In this document: positions 1 to 9,123 of the stretch, piece after piece
How positions within the stretch are numbered: position 1 is the first letter of the stretch
How the letters are laid out: each line of letters starts with the position of its first letter
IMG/VR virus record: IMGVR_UViG_3300045988_023906
Origin: a virus
Length of the DNA stretch: 64,000 bases
Strand: one strand, 5' to 3'
Notes under the pieces: generated by a model
What the model saw: only the letters and a program-made list of their open reading frames with translations
Database searches by the model: none
What the model was told of the DNA's origin: nothing
Made by a program: the position numbers and the translations under genes

Positions 1-336
1 TATAAAATGTCTCATTAATTTATAATCTAATTGAGGAATTTGCAATGTGTAAGTCTTTGCTTGACTTAACCCATATTCAGACAACTTATTACATAGATGT
101 TGGGAATATAAAGTCAAATTACAATAAGTTTGTTTATATAATCCAATGGGGTTATTAGCTTCTATACAAGATTTGAATTTTTCTAATATTTCTTTATCTT
201 GTTTATGTAATCTAAACTCTATACAACCTTTATCTACATGATTATATCCATCCGCTGCAAAGAATCCTAACCAATAAGCTTTTTCTTGACAATCTATAAT
301 ATCAAAATAATGTTCATTAAAATTATACTTTCTCAT
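1..336 (-). CDS. LAGLIDADG homing endonuclease (partial; C-terminus runs off the window start)
   Basis: Absent from the ORF track because there is no stop in the window. Manual translation from the ATG at 336 gives MRKYNFNEHYFDIIDCQEKAYWLGFFAADGYNHVDKGCIEFRLHKQDKEILEKFKSCIEANNPIGLYKQTYCNLTLYSQHLCNKLSEYGLSQAKTYTLQIPQLDYKLMRHFI. LGFFAADG is a LAGLIDADG motif. The gene has its own -7 box at 361-368. Confidence 0.75.
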   Translation of the reverse strand, partial: MRKYNFNEHYFDIIDCQEKAYWLGFFAADGYNHVDKGCIEFRLHKQDKEILEKFKSCIEANNPIGLYKQTYCNLTLYSQHLCNKLSEYGLSQAKTYTLQIPQLDYKLMRHFI

Positions 337-360
337 AATACATTGATTTATAATTCAATG

Positions 361-368
361 CAAAGATA
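361..368 (-). promoter_or_regulatory. Bacteroides-type -7 promoter box (TATCTTTG, within ATTTTACTTATCTTTGCA)
   Basis: The reverse complement of caaagata matches TAnnTTTG. It shares the extended motif seen at 22871, 24350, 34202, 47654 and 61708. It lies 25 nt upstream of the LAGLIDADG start. Confidence 0.55.
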
Positions 369-408
369 AGTAAAATTTCTCGTATCTCCAAATTAATAAA
401 TAAATTAC

Positions 409-1158
409 TTATTTTTCATATCTCCAATCTACAAAGGATTTATAGAAATCCCACTCTGTATGGGAACTTGTTTTCAAATCTACTGGCTTTGCCCACTTCT
501 CTTTATGATTGACTATGATTAAGTCAGCCATATTTCTATACTTTACACCATTGAACTCTCCTTTGAACTTCAACTGATAGAATCTTTCAATATCTGGTTC
601 AAATGGATTGTCCTCTGCAAAGTAGAATTGAGTGGATTTGCTCCCTTTCAATGCTCTTACTGCACTGCACACATCTTGATAGGTCTGAGTATCAAGTATA
701 GTCTTACTGCCTGCTATAAATAACAGGTTATAGTAGTCAGCTCCTTTCTCCTTGATAACTTTAGCCCTTGTCTCAGGCTTCCAGTTCATCTGATATCTCT
801 GATATTCAGTCTCCTTAATGATTGCATCATCAGGAATTGTGATAAGACTCCTATAAGAATCTCCATACTGACTGAACAAAGATTTTACCATCTTTGTAAT
901 AGAGTCTGGAGTAGAAGGAAACTCAGCAACCATAAACCTTTCATCAAACTCTTCTTGACCACCTGTGATAATACTGTCTACAGCACTACCAAAGGTAAGA
1001 GAAGGTGTTTCTAACCTGTCAAATAACTTATCCAAGTTATTGAATCCCTCCCTCTCATATCTTGCAAGGGTTGAATAGCTTAATGCTGAGTCCCTTCTAT
1101 ACTCCTCTTCTGTTATATTAAGAGATATATCAGATAGCTTTTTCTTGATTGTATTCAT
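409..1158 (-). CDS. PD-(D/E)XK family nuclease (RecB/Cas4-like exonuclease fold)
   Basis: 249-aa ORF. The C-terminal ADLIIVNHKEKWAKPVDLKTS fits the D...(D/E)xK nuclease signature. It sits in a replication-module context. Confidence 0.55.
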   Translation of the reverse strand: MNTIKKKLSDISLNITEEEYRRDSALSYSTLARYEREGFNNLDKLFDRLETPSLTFGSAVDSIITGGQEEFDERFMVAEFPSTPDSITKMVKSLFSQYGDSYRSLITIPDDAIIKETEYQRYQMNWKPETRAKVIKEKGADYYNLLFIAGSKTILDTQTYQDVCSAVRALKGSKSTQFYFAEDNPFEPDIERFYQLKFKGEFNGVKYRNMADLIIVNHKEKWAKPVDLKTSSHTEWDFYKSFVDWRYEK

Positions 1159-1169
1159 AGAAAAAAATA

Positions 1170-1433
1170 TTATTTCTCTGGGTCATATATTCCTAGTCTC
1201 ATGCAATATATATCTACCGTAGACTTTAAAGATAAAAGGTTATCAATATCTACTGACATTAAAGGGCTGCTTACATCCCCTATAGTCTTAGCCCTTTTAA
1301 CTTTATACACTGCTGAGTTAACTAAATCTTGTAAAAACTCAAAATTTCTTTCTCTTATGAATTTATTTGCCAATTCAATATCTTTTGTGGGAAGTGCATA
1401 TATAAGCCTCCCAATATCAGTCAGTATTCCCAT
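1170..1433 (-). CDS. hypothetical protein
   Basis: 87-aa ORF on the same strand as the flanking genes and tightly packed with them. The antisense ORF 1201-1461 is rejected. Confidence 0.4.
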   Translation of the reverse strand: MGILTDIGRLIYALPTKDIELANKFIRERNFEFLQDLVNSAVYKVKRAKTIGDVSSPLMSVDIDNLLSLKSTVDIYCMRLGIYDPEK

Positions 1434-1971
1434 AATTTCTAATTATATTTATAGCTTGTAAGAGCTGCTTCTTAGTATACACTTCAAAGTATATACTTTT
1501 TTGTCCTGTACTATTATATATGTCATCAAGTAGCTTTCTAAACATTTTTTTCTTATAAGGAAATACATCATTGGTAAATCCTTTACATTCTATCCAAATG
1601 TCCAAATTATTATATCTTACATATATATCAGGAGTATATGTAATGGGCTGAATTAGCCCATTACATAGTCTAAGTTCCTTACTACTTTGCCTACCTAAAG
1701 ATTCAACCCTTTTCTTCTGTTGTGTATCAGTCTCTTTATCATAAAAGGGAGTTATGGGAACAAAAGAAGGAAAAAGGATGAATTTCTTTGGTTCATATTT
1801 AGGAGCAAATCCATGTTCTTCAAGACAAGTAAAACATGTTTTCTCTAATATACTTTTGAAAGTTATATTCTTAGCAGCACATACAGTAGCATTCCTAATC
1901 TTCTTATTTTCCACTTTTGAACATTTCCTTAAGAATATCTTTTGTAATTTTGCAGGCAATCTTCGCATCAC
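1417..1971 (-). CDS. putative PD-(D/E)XK endonuclease (endonuclease I / resolvase-like)
   Basis: 184 aa. YTPDIYVRYNNLDIWIECKG matches a PD...E.K catalytic core. Confidence 0.5.
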   Translation of the reverse strand: MMRRLPAKLQKIFLRKCSKVENKKIRNATVCAAKNITFKSILEKTCFTCLEEHGFAPKYEPKKFILFPSFVPITPFYDKETDTQQKKRVESLGRQSSKELRLCNGLIQPITYTPDIYVRYNNLDIWIECKGFTNDVFPYKKKMFRKLLDDIYNSTGQKSIYFEVYTKKQLLQAINIIRNYGNTD

Positions 1972-2458
1972 TTATAGACCTGAATGCTGCAAAGTTCCTA
2001 TAGTTCTTGATATGAGCCTTATTAGCCTTGGTAATTCTACCATCAAGCATAGAGATTACATAAATCTCAGGACTCTCCTCAATATGGTCCTCATACTTCT
2101 TGTCCAACTCAATGGCTACTTCTCTAAGTACCATAGAGAATGCAGCAGCAGGAAGAATACTATCTACACTGTTAAGGTAGTTATAGACCTTCTCCATCTT
2201 CCAACCAAGTTTCTCTGCAATCTTCTGAATGTAGTACTCCAACTCCATAGGAACCTCAGATTCAACCACAGCAGACTTTGCAGGCTTGGTAGTAGTAACA
2301 ATGCCAGCCTCAAGGAGTTTAGGAAGAATGTCCTTAGTCACTACAATGTGCTGAGCTACAATGCTCTTACCAAAGAAGGAGTCTTTCACTTTAGATACTT
2401 TAGTCAGAGTGTCTCCAATCTGTACTTCCTTACCATTTGTCAAATAAATCTTTTCCAT
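1904..2458 (-). CDS. hypothetical protein
   Basis: ORF 1904-2491. I prefer the internal Met (MEKIYL, 2458) because it avoids overlapping the UDG stop at 2473. Confidence 0.5.
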   Translation of the reverse strand: MEKIYLTNGKEVQIGDTLTKVSKVKDSFFGKSIVAQHIVVTKDILPKLLEAGIVTTTKPAKSAVVESEVPMELEYYIQKIAEKLGWKMEKVYNYLNSVDSILPAAAFSMVLREVAIELDKKYEDHIEESPEIYVISMLDGRITKANKAHIKNYRNFAAFRSISDAKIACKITKDILKEMFKSGK

Positions 2459-2472
2459 TTTTTTGTTTAATA

Positions 2473-3150
2473 TTAATACTCTTCGTACCATTTTATAGGC
2501 ACACCATAAATCCCTTTTACCTTATTACTTATATCAACAAATAGCTGATGTGGTATCTTAGTACCACTCCTTGCAAAATATGCAGGATGTTCAATCTCTA
2601 TAATATGATTGAACCTATCATTAATATAAGGTTTGAAGGTTTGGGCTTGTCTGCCAAACAATACATATACTATAGCTGTATTATATTCAGACAAGTTCTT
2701 TAGCAATTTAGCTATGAAAGGTCTCCACAACATCACATGGGAACCTATCCTATTCATTTCTACAGTGAGTGCAGAGTTTATCATTAGTATTCCTTGTTTA
2801 GACCAACTCTCAAGAGAGTTGTCAAAGGTAATACAATAATGTGGAACTTCAAAATTAATTGCTGCTTCTTTAACAACATTTAATGAAGGAGATAAGTTAT
2901 CCTCATCAACTTCCTTTCTATTCCCAAATAATACTCCAGTTGCCACTCCCTTTTGTGGATAAGGGTCTTGACCTAACATAACTACTTTCAAGTCATTGAG
3001 AGGACAAAGCTCAAATGCTCTGAATACATCAGATTGGGCAGGACACAATGGTTTCCTCCTGTATTCTTGCCCAACCTTAGCCATTACATTATTAAGCTCT
3101 GTCCTATCAATTACCTTCATCCAATCTCCAAAGTATTCATCTAATGTCAT
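2473..3150 (-). CDS. ung: uracil-DNA glycosylase (family 1 UNG)
   Basis: 225 aa. GQDPYP is the water-activating loop motif (canonical GQDPYH). LLGNR/LNS-type motifs and a C-terminal EHPAYFARS (HPSPLS-like) are also present. Confidence 0.85.
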   Translation of the reverse strand: MTLDEYFGDWMKVIDRTELNNVMAKVGQEYRRKPLCPAQSDVFRAFELCPLNDLKVVMLGQDPYPQKGVATGVLFGNRKEVDEDNLSPSLNVVKEAAINFEVPHYCITFDNSLESWSKQGILMINSALTVEMNRIGSHVMLWRPFIAKLLKNLSEYNTAIVYVLFGRQAQTFKPYINDRFNHIIEIEHPAYFARSGTKIPHQLFVDISNKVKGIYGVPIKWYEEY

Positions 3151-3917
3151 ATCAACATCATTATGTCATCAATATTGTCAATAAGGCATTCATTCAGTGC
3201 ATCATTAGAGCAGGCAGATGGGGTAGGTTTAATAGGTTCTATAAAGAACTTATTGAAATTATCTACTATGACCTTTACTTTCCTGTCCTCTGGATTACTG
3301 CTGAAACTGTAATTGTTTCTTGGGAAATTTACATCCCTACTTGTATAATAGGGAATCAATTTCTTGATGATGCCTTTATTAATCAACTTATCAGATTCTA
3401 AGAATACTTTGGGACTGACATGGCACACAGGTCTGTAATAGACCATAGTATTACCATTATCCTCAGTATGCACACTTCTTGCAGTTAATGTACATAATAG
3501 TAATGGAGTGTAGCTCTCATCAAAGATGATACCTTTACCACCATAATACACTTCACCCTTATTGGCAGTTATCTTCTGCAATCTTTTACCATATCCTACA
3601 TTAGTAAATAATTGAGTTATGATACTATTAAAGGTTCTTCTCTCTTGGCTTGGTGCATTATCATATAATGGCAGTATTATCCTCTTGATTCCCATAATTG
3701 TGGGATAAGCCATATTGTCTGAGACCAGCTTTTCAAAGTGTTCTCTTGCAATCACAGGTATCTCTACCTCATCATTGTTTACTTCAATGACAAGGCTTCT
3801 TCTAAATACATTGTTACTATCAAGAGACAGATTCATTCCAAGTTGGTCTGAATCACCAAACTCACTGTCATTGAAAACACCCATTACATCATATGCAAAT
3901 CTTGGGTTAAATTCCAT
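3147..3917 (-). CDS. hypothetical protein (last gene of the E1/JAB overlapping operon)
   Basis: 256-aa ORF. Its start overlaps the stop of the E1-like gene (3917) and its stop overlaps the UDG start by 4 nt. Confidence 0.6.
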   Translation of the reverse strand: MEFNPRFAYDVMGVFNDSEFGDSDQLGMNLSLDSNNVFRRSLVIEVNNDEVEIPVIAREHFEKLVSDNMAYPTIMGIKRIILPLYDNAPSQERRTFNSIITQLFTNVGYGKRLQKITANKGEVYYGGKGIIFDESYTPLLLCTLTARSVHTEDNGNTMVYYRPVCHVSPKVFLESDKLINKGIIKKLIPYYTSRDVNFPRNNYSFSSNPEDRKVKVIVDNFNKFFIEPIKPTPSACSNDALNECLIDNIDDIMMLI

Positions 3918-4855
3918 TATACTTCAGTTTTAAGATACATTGTTTCTGCATTATATGTGGTAAGGAATGGCAGGTCTCTATCAATGAGAGGCTCACATTG
4001 ATTAGCACAGAAGTTTACAAACAAATTAACCATATAAGATGCAATCATATTTGCACAGAAGGTAGTTTGTTTATAGGAGCAGATAGTTTCATCAGCTTCT
4101 GCATCAGAGAATAGGAACTCATTATTGTACCTATTGATGTTGTACTCATCATCTCCCTTGATACACAATACCTGAAACTCTTCTGCTGCTAATCTGCCAT
4201 CAATAAATAAGCAATTCTTTCTCTCCTCTTCTGGTTTGGATTGAACATGATTTACCCATTTATTAAAGAAGAGTCTTCTTGCTGCCATATTATCAAAGCC
4301 ACAAATCATAATGTCTGATGCTTCAGATTCATTGGTAAATCTCTCATTTATTGCAAAGACACTGCTATAGCCAGCATAGTTTCTAATCATCTCAGCCAGT
4401 GCAGATACTTTAGGTCTACCTAAATCAGATTGACCATATAACTGACCTGACATATTGACAGCTTCTACTATGTCATCATCATAGATAAACATAGAAGCTG
4501 GCTTCATTCTTGCCAATAAAAAGCCTACATAACTACCAATACCACCTACACCTGCCAAAATGACAGTCTTCTTCTGAATGTTCTCATACCAAATGGCAGA
4601 ACTAAACCTACTTGTAGCTTCATCCACAAGCAAAGTTGCAGAGTTTGTAGGTATCTCTTGATGTGCATCTTCTACAGCTTGGTCAAGGATAGCCTGTTCT
4701 TCTTCTGAAAGTCCAGAGCTAATACTATCACCATCATTTTCCATAGGATTATCTGATTCAGGCATAGTACTCTCATTGAGGTCCTCTATAAAAGAATTAT
4801 AAGCTTCCTGTGAAGTTGCAGAAAGGCTTTCTCGGGCTGTTACTTCTTCATTCAT
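3917..4855 (-). CDS. E1-like / ThiF-MoeB family adenylyltransferase
   Basis: 312 aa. It has an acidic N-terminal tail, then a Rossmann segment KKTVILAGVGGIGSYVGFLLARM (GxGxxG). That is followed by D-rich DDD..NMSGQ, as in ThiF/MoeB/E1 nucleotide-binding folds. Confidence 0.65.
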   Translation of the reverse strand: MNEEVTARESLSATSQEAYNSFIEDLNESTMPESDNPMENDGDSISSGLSEEEQAILDQAVEDAHQEIPTNSATLLVDEATSRFSSAIWYENIQKKTVILAGVGGIGSYVGFLLARMKPASMFIYDDDIVEAVNMSGQLYGQSDLGRPKVSALAEMIRNYAGYSSVFAINERFTNESEASDIMICGFDNMAARRLFFNKWVNHVQSKPEEERKNCLFIDGRLAAEEFQVLCIKGDDEYNINRYNNEFLFSDAEADETICSYKQTTFCANMIASYMVNLFVNFCANQCEPLIDRDLPFLTTYNAETMYLKTEV

Positions 4856-6066
4856 AATATTAAATACTTTTGAAGTGCATCAATATACTCTTTGATATAA
4901 TCATTTTCAGGGAGTTTTGTAAGCTCCTCTATCATATCATGGGCACAAATAGCACAAATTTCTGTTTCATCAAAGCCAAGCTCTTCCAACTTCTCATCTG
5001 TCACATACCATGTCAGATATTCTACATAGGTATCTGCCCACATTTTGAAATTTTTCATGCCTTCTTCACCCTTGCCAAATCTCTTTTCATACAATGCAGG
5101 CATTGACTTAGCCCATTTGGTAATGTCAATCTTACTATCATTAGAAATGATAATACTACCTGTAATCAATTGAAGTACAAGAGATTTCAAAGTAACCTTA
5201 TCAAATGATACCTGACCATAGGGTAGACTGTAGTTATCATCAAATGGCAAGTCATCTATATCATCAAAAAGAGTTGGCTGAACCACCTTAGGCTTATCAG
5301 CTTCCTTCTTGACAGGATTTGCTGAACCTGCCTTTGTACCATAGAAATTAGCAATAACAGGCTTATAACCACCTTGATATGTAGGTGTCTGAGCTTTCTT
5401 GGCTTTCTCTGCCTTAGCTTGCTTGATTTCTTCAAGTCTTGCATCCATATCAGGGAAAGAGTAGTTTTCACCCTCTTTCTCTATCTTGAGATAGAACCAT
5501 TCAATTTCTTCTATCCCATCTTGAGTATATTCCCTTGTATCTTGTTTTTCTCCATCACCAAAGAACTCATATACTAACATGTCCTTAATTTGACTATATC
5601 TTTTTACTCTCCTGGTAATGGCGGCAGTATAAGTACCTGCATTATTGACAATGAGAGATACAAAGTTATTCCTATCCCTACCCTCTTCCTTCAAGGTGGT
5701 AGTATCAGTACCACTGAAGAATGTGGACATATTGTTATGACTGTGGATAAGACCCATCTGGCAGTCAAGCAACTCAGGGTTATCACACATATATGCTATT
5801 ACATCAGGATTCATGTCAAACTCTGTGTAAGCCTGTGTGCCAATATCCATGATATAAATGTCTACACACTTGATTACAAGGTCATTATTCTCAAATGAGC
5901 CTTCATGTGTGAAGAATAATGTACCTGACCATTCAGTACTCCACACCTTTTGGCAGGCAAATCTTATCTTTCTCTCCACTTCTGCTGGGATAATCAGCTT
6001 ATAATTATAAGTACCTGACTTCTGTACCAAGCTGATTACTTTCGTGGGTTGCTTTGTTTCTTCCAT
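4852..6066 (-). CDS. JAB/MPN (JAMM) metalloprotease-domain protein with a long C-terminal extension
   Basis: 404 aa. An upstream Glu (STEWSG) plus GLIHSHNNMSTFFSGTD gives the JAMM motif E...HxHx7Sx2D. Confidence 0.75.
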   Translation of the reverse strand: MEETKQPTKVISLVQKSGTYNYKLIIPAEVERKIRFACQKVWSTEWSGTLFFTHEGSFENNDLVIKCVDIYIMDIGTQAYTEFDMNPDVIAYMCDNPELLDCQMGLIHSHNNMSTFFSGTDTTTLKEEGRDRNNFVSLIVNNAGTYTAAITRRVKRYSQIKDMLVYEFFGDGEKQDTREYTQDGIEEIEWFYLKIEKEGENYSFPDMDARLEEIKQAKAEKAKKAQTPTYQGGYKPVIANFYGTKAGSANPVKKEADKPKVVQPTLFDDIDDLPFDDNYSLPYGQVSFDKVTLKSLVLQLITGSIIISNDSKIDITKWAKSMPALYEKRFGKGEEGMKNFKMWADTYVEYLTWYVTDEKLEELGFDETEICAICAHDMIEELTKLPENDYIKEYIDALQKYLIL

Positions 6067-7306
6067 ATCTGTAGTTTAACACTTTAAGAATTATATTTAA
6101 TATATACAGTGCAGTCTGAGTATTGAGTATTATACTCTTGTTCTCATTCCTCACTTCTGCAATATCTGTAATATCTACAGTTATCTCTCTTCCCTTGAAT
6201 ACACACACTTTCTTGCCTATATACTGAGCATAATTATTTACATTATTCCTGCCCCTATCATAGTAAATCTTCCCATTGTCTATGATACACTCTCTCAAGA
6301 TATCATGTCTCTTCAAGTCTGCAAATTTAGCAGTCAATTCCTCCTTATTGAATTGGTCATTATACCATTTAATGAACTTATTACTAATAAGTACAATAAA
6401 TTCAATGAGTGACATACCAATAGAATAAGAGCCATTGACATAATTAAATTTGAGTTTCTTAGAGCTAATAAAGTACCTTACAAACTCCCTGAATTTATCA
6501 GAAGTAATGACACTTTCATAGTAATTAGGAGACAGAAATGTAATGAATCTATCTACACCTACTTCCATATCATTGGTACCTAACTTCTCCAAGTAATTAT
6601 AAGGCACTCCAGCAACAGATTCTACAGTCACATACTTACTCAGTTCAAGGCAGAACATATTCCACATATCCTCATCATAATCCCTATTGAGGGCACTAAT
6701 AGTACCATTAATAGGACCACTGCCTGTACAAGGATCTTGGAATTGGGTGAAATCCCCTGTAGGGATACTACTGATATGACTGTGCATGTAATGACTTCTG
6801 ATGTGAAGCAGGGTATACTCTGACCTGTTAAGTGTGAATCCTCCATTCAGTGTACCATTATAAGACACCTTTACTTTAGCCCATAAGTGATTAATATCCA
6901 CAAATCTATTATGCTCATTAGTCACTCTTACATGAGGGAAATGCACAAGTATGAATATGTCATTGAACTTAGCATTACCAATTCTTTCCTTTACTGTAGT
7001 ATTTGTAAGCACATTTACAACCTTTTCTACCTGGTCTCCAGGTAAATCAGTAATAGACCATGTTTTATACATGCTCCAGTCATTCATGTTCATGCTTACA
7101 ATATTACCATCAGGAATATAAGTAGATAAAGGCTCTATATTCATCCAAGATTTGAACTTGTCCAAACTCCAATATCCTTGCATATCAACTTTATCCTCTC
7201 CAAAGAAATCATTGAATATGCCTAATACTCGAAGTGGCTTGTCCATCAAGGAGTTATATAGTTCCTCTATCTTCTCCTCAATTAATTTAATTGTTTCTCC
7301 ACTCAT
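6005..7306 (-). CDS. hypothetical protein (first gene of the E1/JAB operon; possible E2-like HxH...PC segment)
   Basis: 433-aa ORF overlapping the JAB gene by 62 nt. It contains YMHSHISSIPTGDFTQFQDPCTGSGP. No confident family assignment. Confidence 0.6.
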   Translation of the reverse strand: MSGETIKLIEEKIEELYNSLMDKPLRVLGIFNDFFGEDKVDMQGYWSLDKFKSWMNIEPLSTYIPDGNIVSMNMNDWSMYKTWSITDLPGDQVEKVVNVLTNTTVKERIGNAKFNDIFILVHFPHVRVTNEHNRFVDINHLWAKVKVSYNGTLNGGFTLNRSEYTLLHIRSHYMHSHISSIPTGDFTQFQDPCTGSGPINGTISALNRDYDEDMWNMFCLELSKYVTVESVAGVPYNYLEKLGTNDMEVGVDRFITFLSPNYYESVITSDKFREFVRYFISSKKLKFNYVNGSYSIGMSLIEFIVLISNKFIKWYNDQFNKEELTAKFADLKRHDILRECIIDNGKIYYDRGRNNVNNYAQYIGKKVCVFKGREITVDITDIAEVRNENKSIILNTQTALYILNIILKVLNYRYGRNKATHESNQLGTEVRYL

Positions 7307-7314
7307 ATTACTGT

Positions 7315-7356
7315 AAAAAAAATAGGTAAGGGGGTATCTCTACCCTCTTACCTATT
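7315..7356 (-). terminator. rho-independent terminator
   Basis: The minus-strand RNA reads AATAGGTAAGAGGGTA-GAGA-TACCCCCTTACCTATT followed by a U-run. That is a 16-bp stem with one wobble. Confidence 0.75.
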
Positions 7357-7364
7357 GTCTGTTA

Positions 7365-8021
7365 TTAATGAATACTCATTCCTTCAAACATATCATTAAT
7401 CTCATCATCAGAGTAAGGAGAAGCTGACTTAGGCTTATACTCCTCAGATGGTGCAACTTCTACTGCACCCCCAAGGATGTCAAGTACTTCATCCTTCTCA
7501 TAATATTCAATTGTGCCATTGTCCTCAAGAATTTCCACCAACTTGCTGATAGCAGCTCTTGCTACAGTATCAACACACTCACCACCATTACTTGCAGGTG
7601 CTACAGGAGCAGGCTTTGAAGCACCATTACTCTGTACCAATGCAATAAGGTCAGCAGTCTTACACATAGTGAAGTTTTTGCCAAACTTCTTAAGGCAAGC
7701 ATCTTGAAGACCCCTTCTCTTGATTTCAGCATATGCCTCCATTCTACTCATTGCGCCAGACCTAATTTTCTTGTTGGTGTTAGTAAGCATGAAAACCAAC
7801 TCATTGGTGACAATTCCCTTATAAGGAACATCATGTGGCAGAACTGAAGCATCATTCTTCAATTCAACCTTTGATGTACCTTCAAAGAAGGTCATACCAC
7901 CATAGTCAATACCATTGGCTCTCAGGTCACTTTTCAACTCAGCAAGGGTCGTGGCTGCTGACATAATAACACTCTTCTTCTGATTCTTAGTCTGTACGAC
8001 TGTAATTTTTCTTGCTTCCAT
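7365..8021 (-). CDS. hypothetical protein
   Basis: 218-aa ORF followed by a strong terminator. No motif recognised. Confidence 0.6.
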   Translation of the reverse strand: MEARKITVVQTKNQKKSVIMSAATTLAELKSDLRANGIDYGGMTFFEGTSKVELKNDASVLPHDVPYKGIVTNELVFMLTNTNKKIRSGAMSRMEAYAEIKRRGLQDACLKKFGKNFTMCKTADLIALVQSNGASKPAPVAPASNGGECVDTVARAAISKLVEILEDNGTIEYYEKDEVLDILGGAVEVAPSEEYKPKSASPYSDDEINDMFEGMSIH

Positions 8022-8061
8022 GTTTTCACTTTTTTTTTTATAAATTGAACTTATTGAAACT

Positions 8062-9102
8062 TTAATCTATACAAAAGGGCAAATCATTCCAATCATTGTC
8101 CTCTTGTCTTGAAGAGATGAATAAAGGCTTGATTATTCTAAGGAACTCATCTTTGCCCTTAGCCTTATACAAGTCTGAAATATCTTTCCCTTCATTAAAG
8201 GGTGGCAATACTACATTAGTAAATCCTGTTTCCTCAGCTAACTTCTGAGCATCTTTCAATCCTGGCTCATCATTATCCAAGCAAATGAAGACTTGTTTAT
8301 ATCTTCTTTTCAGTTCACTAATTGCAGTATCACTCATCCTATATCCCTCACCCTGTATTGCAAGAGAGGGTATTCCTGTGTTAGCCCATAGACATAAAGC
8401 ATCTTTCAATGAGGAGCAAATGCAAATTTGCTCTCCATATTCAGGTACTTTAGTCCATAGACTTACCACAGAAGTGTCATGTTTATTACTCCATTTATAA
8501 CCACCTTTGTTAAATGGCTGATAGATTTTGAGAGTAACCTTACCTTCCTTATGTTCTACATAAGCATAGGCATATCTGTCAGCTCCAAATACATACTTAT
8601 TACCATCTTTGATGACAATCTTACGTGATATTGGATAAACTTCTGCATACTTCAGCCAGTCAAGACTTATTCCATAGGATGCCCAATACTCAATATCATG
8701 AGGTGCCCAATCTCTGACTTTACATTGCAGCTCTGTATTATTGAGCTTGAAAATCTCAGGAGTTAAGTGTTGCTTTGAAGTATTTATACCTAGGTCTTTT
8801 GTACTGAACTTAGAAATATCATGAGCTATCTTGGCAAGAGCTTCTATATAATTGCATCCCCACAACTTGCAAAGAATATCAAAAGTATTTCCTCTGTCCT
8901 TAGTTGCAAAGTCTACATAGTAGACTCTATGCCCATCTCTGGAATAAAGTCCAAAGGAAGCCTTATTATCTATTCTTAAAGGAGAATGAATTACACAGGG
9001 AATTTCTGTAACTCCAAGATAATAAGCTAAAATATCTGCTTCTGTAGTTTTACTTAGAATATCATCTAAAGTCACAGAAGGATTACTCTTGCCAATAGCC
9101 AT
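8062..9102 (-). CDS. DNA primase (Toprim domain, DnaG-like)
   Basis: 346 aa. ICSSLKDALCLW and VFICLDNDEPGLKDAQKLA (DxD) fit Toprim. It lies upstream of the helicase genes. Confidence 0.65.
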   Translation of the reverse strand: MAIGKSNPSVTLDDILSKTTEADILAYYLGVTEIPCVIHSPLRIDNKASFGLYSRDGHRVYYVDFATKDRGNTFDILCKLWGCNYIEALAKIAHDISKFSTKDLGINTSKQHLTPEIFKLNNTELQCKVRDWAPHDIEYWASYGISLDWLKYAEVYPISRKIVIKDGNKYVFGADRYAYAYVEHKEGKVTLKIYQPFNKGGYKWSNKHDTSVVSLWTKVPEYGEQICICSSLKDALCLWANTGIPSLAIQGEGYRMSDTAISELKRRYKQVFICLDNDEPGLKDAQKLAEETGFTNVVLPPFNEGKDISDLYKAKGKDEFLRIIKPLFISSRQEDNDWNDLPFCID

Positions 9103-9123
9103 AACTGTTTAGTTTAAAAGTTA

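Noticed and set aside
1754-2470. Long antisense ORFs in the replication arm (1754-2470, 9355-9942, 10076-10540, 10254-10580)
   Set aside because: They are opposite well-supported minus-strand genes. Their translations are low-complexity and Leu/Phe/Ile/Ser-rich, which is typical of the antisense strand of AT-rich coding DNA.
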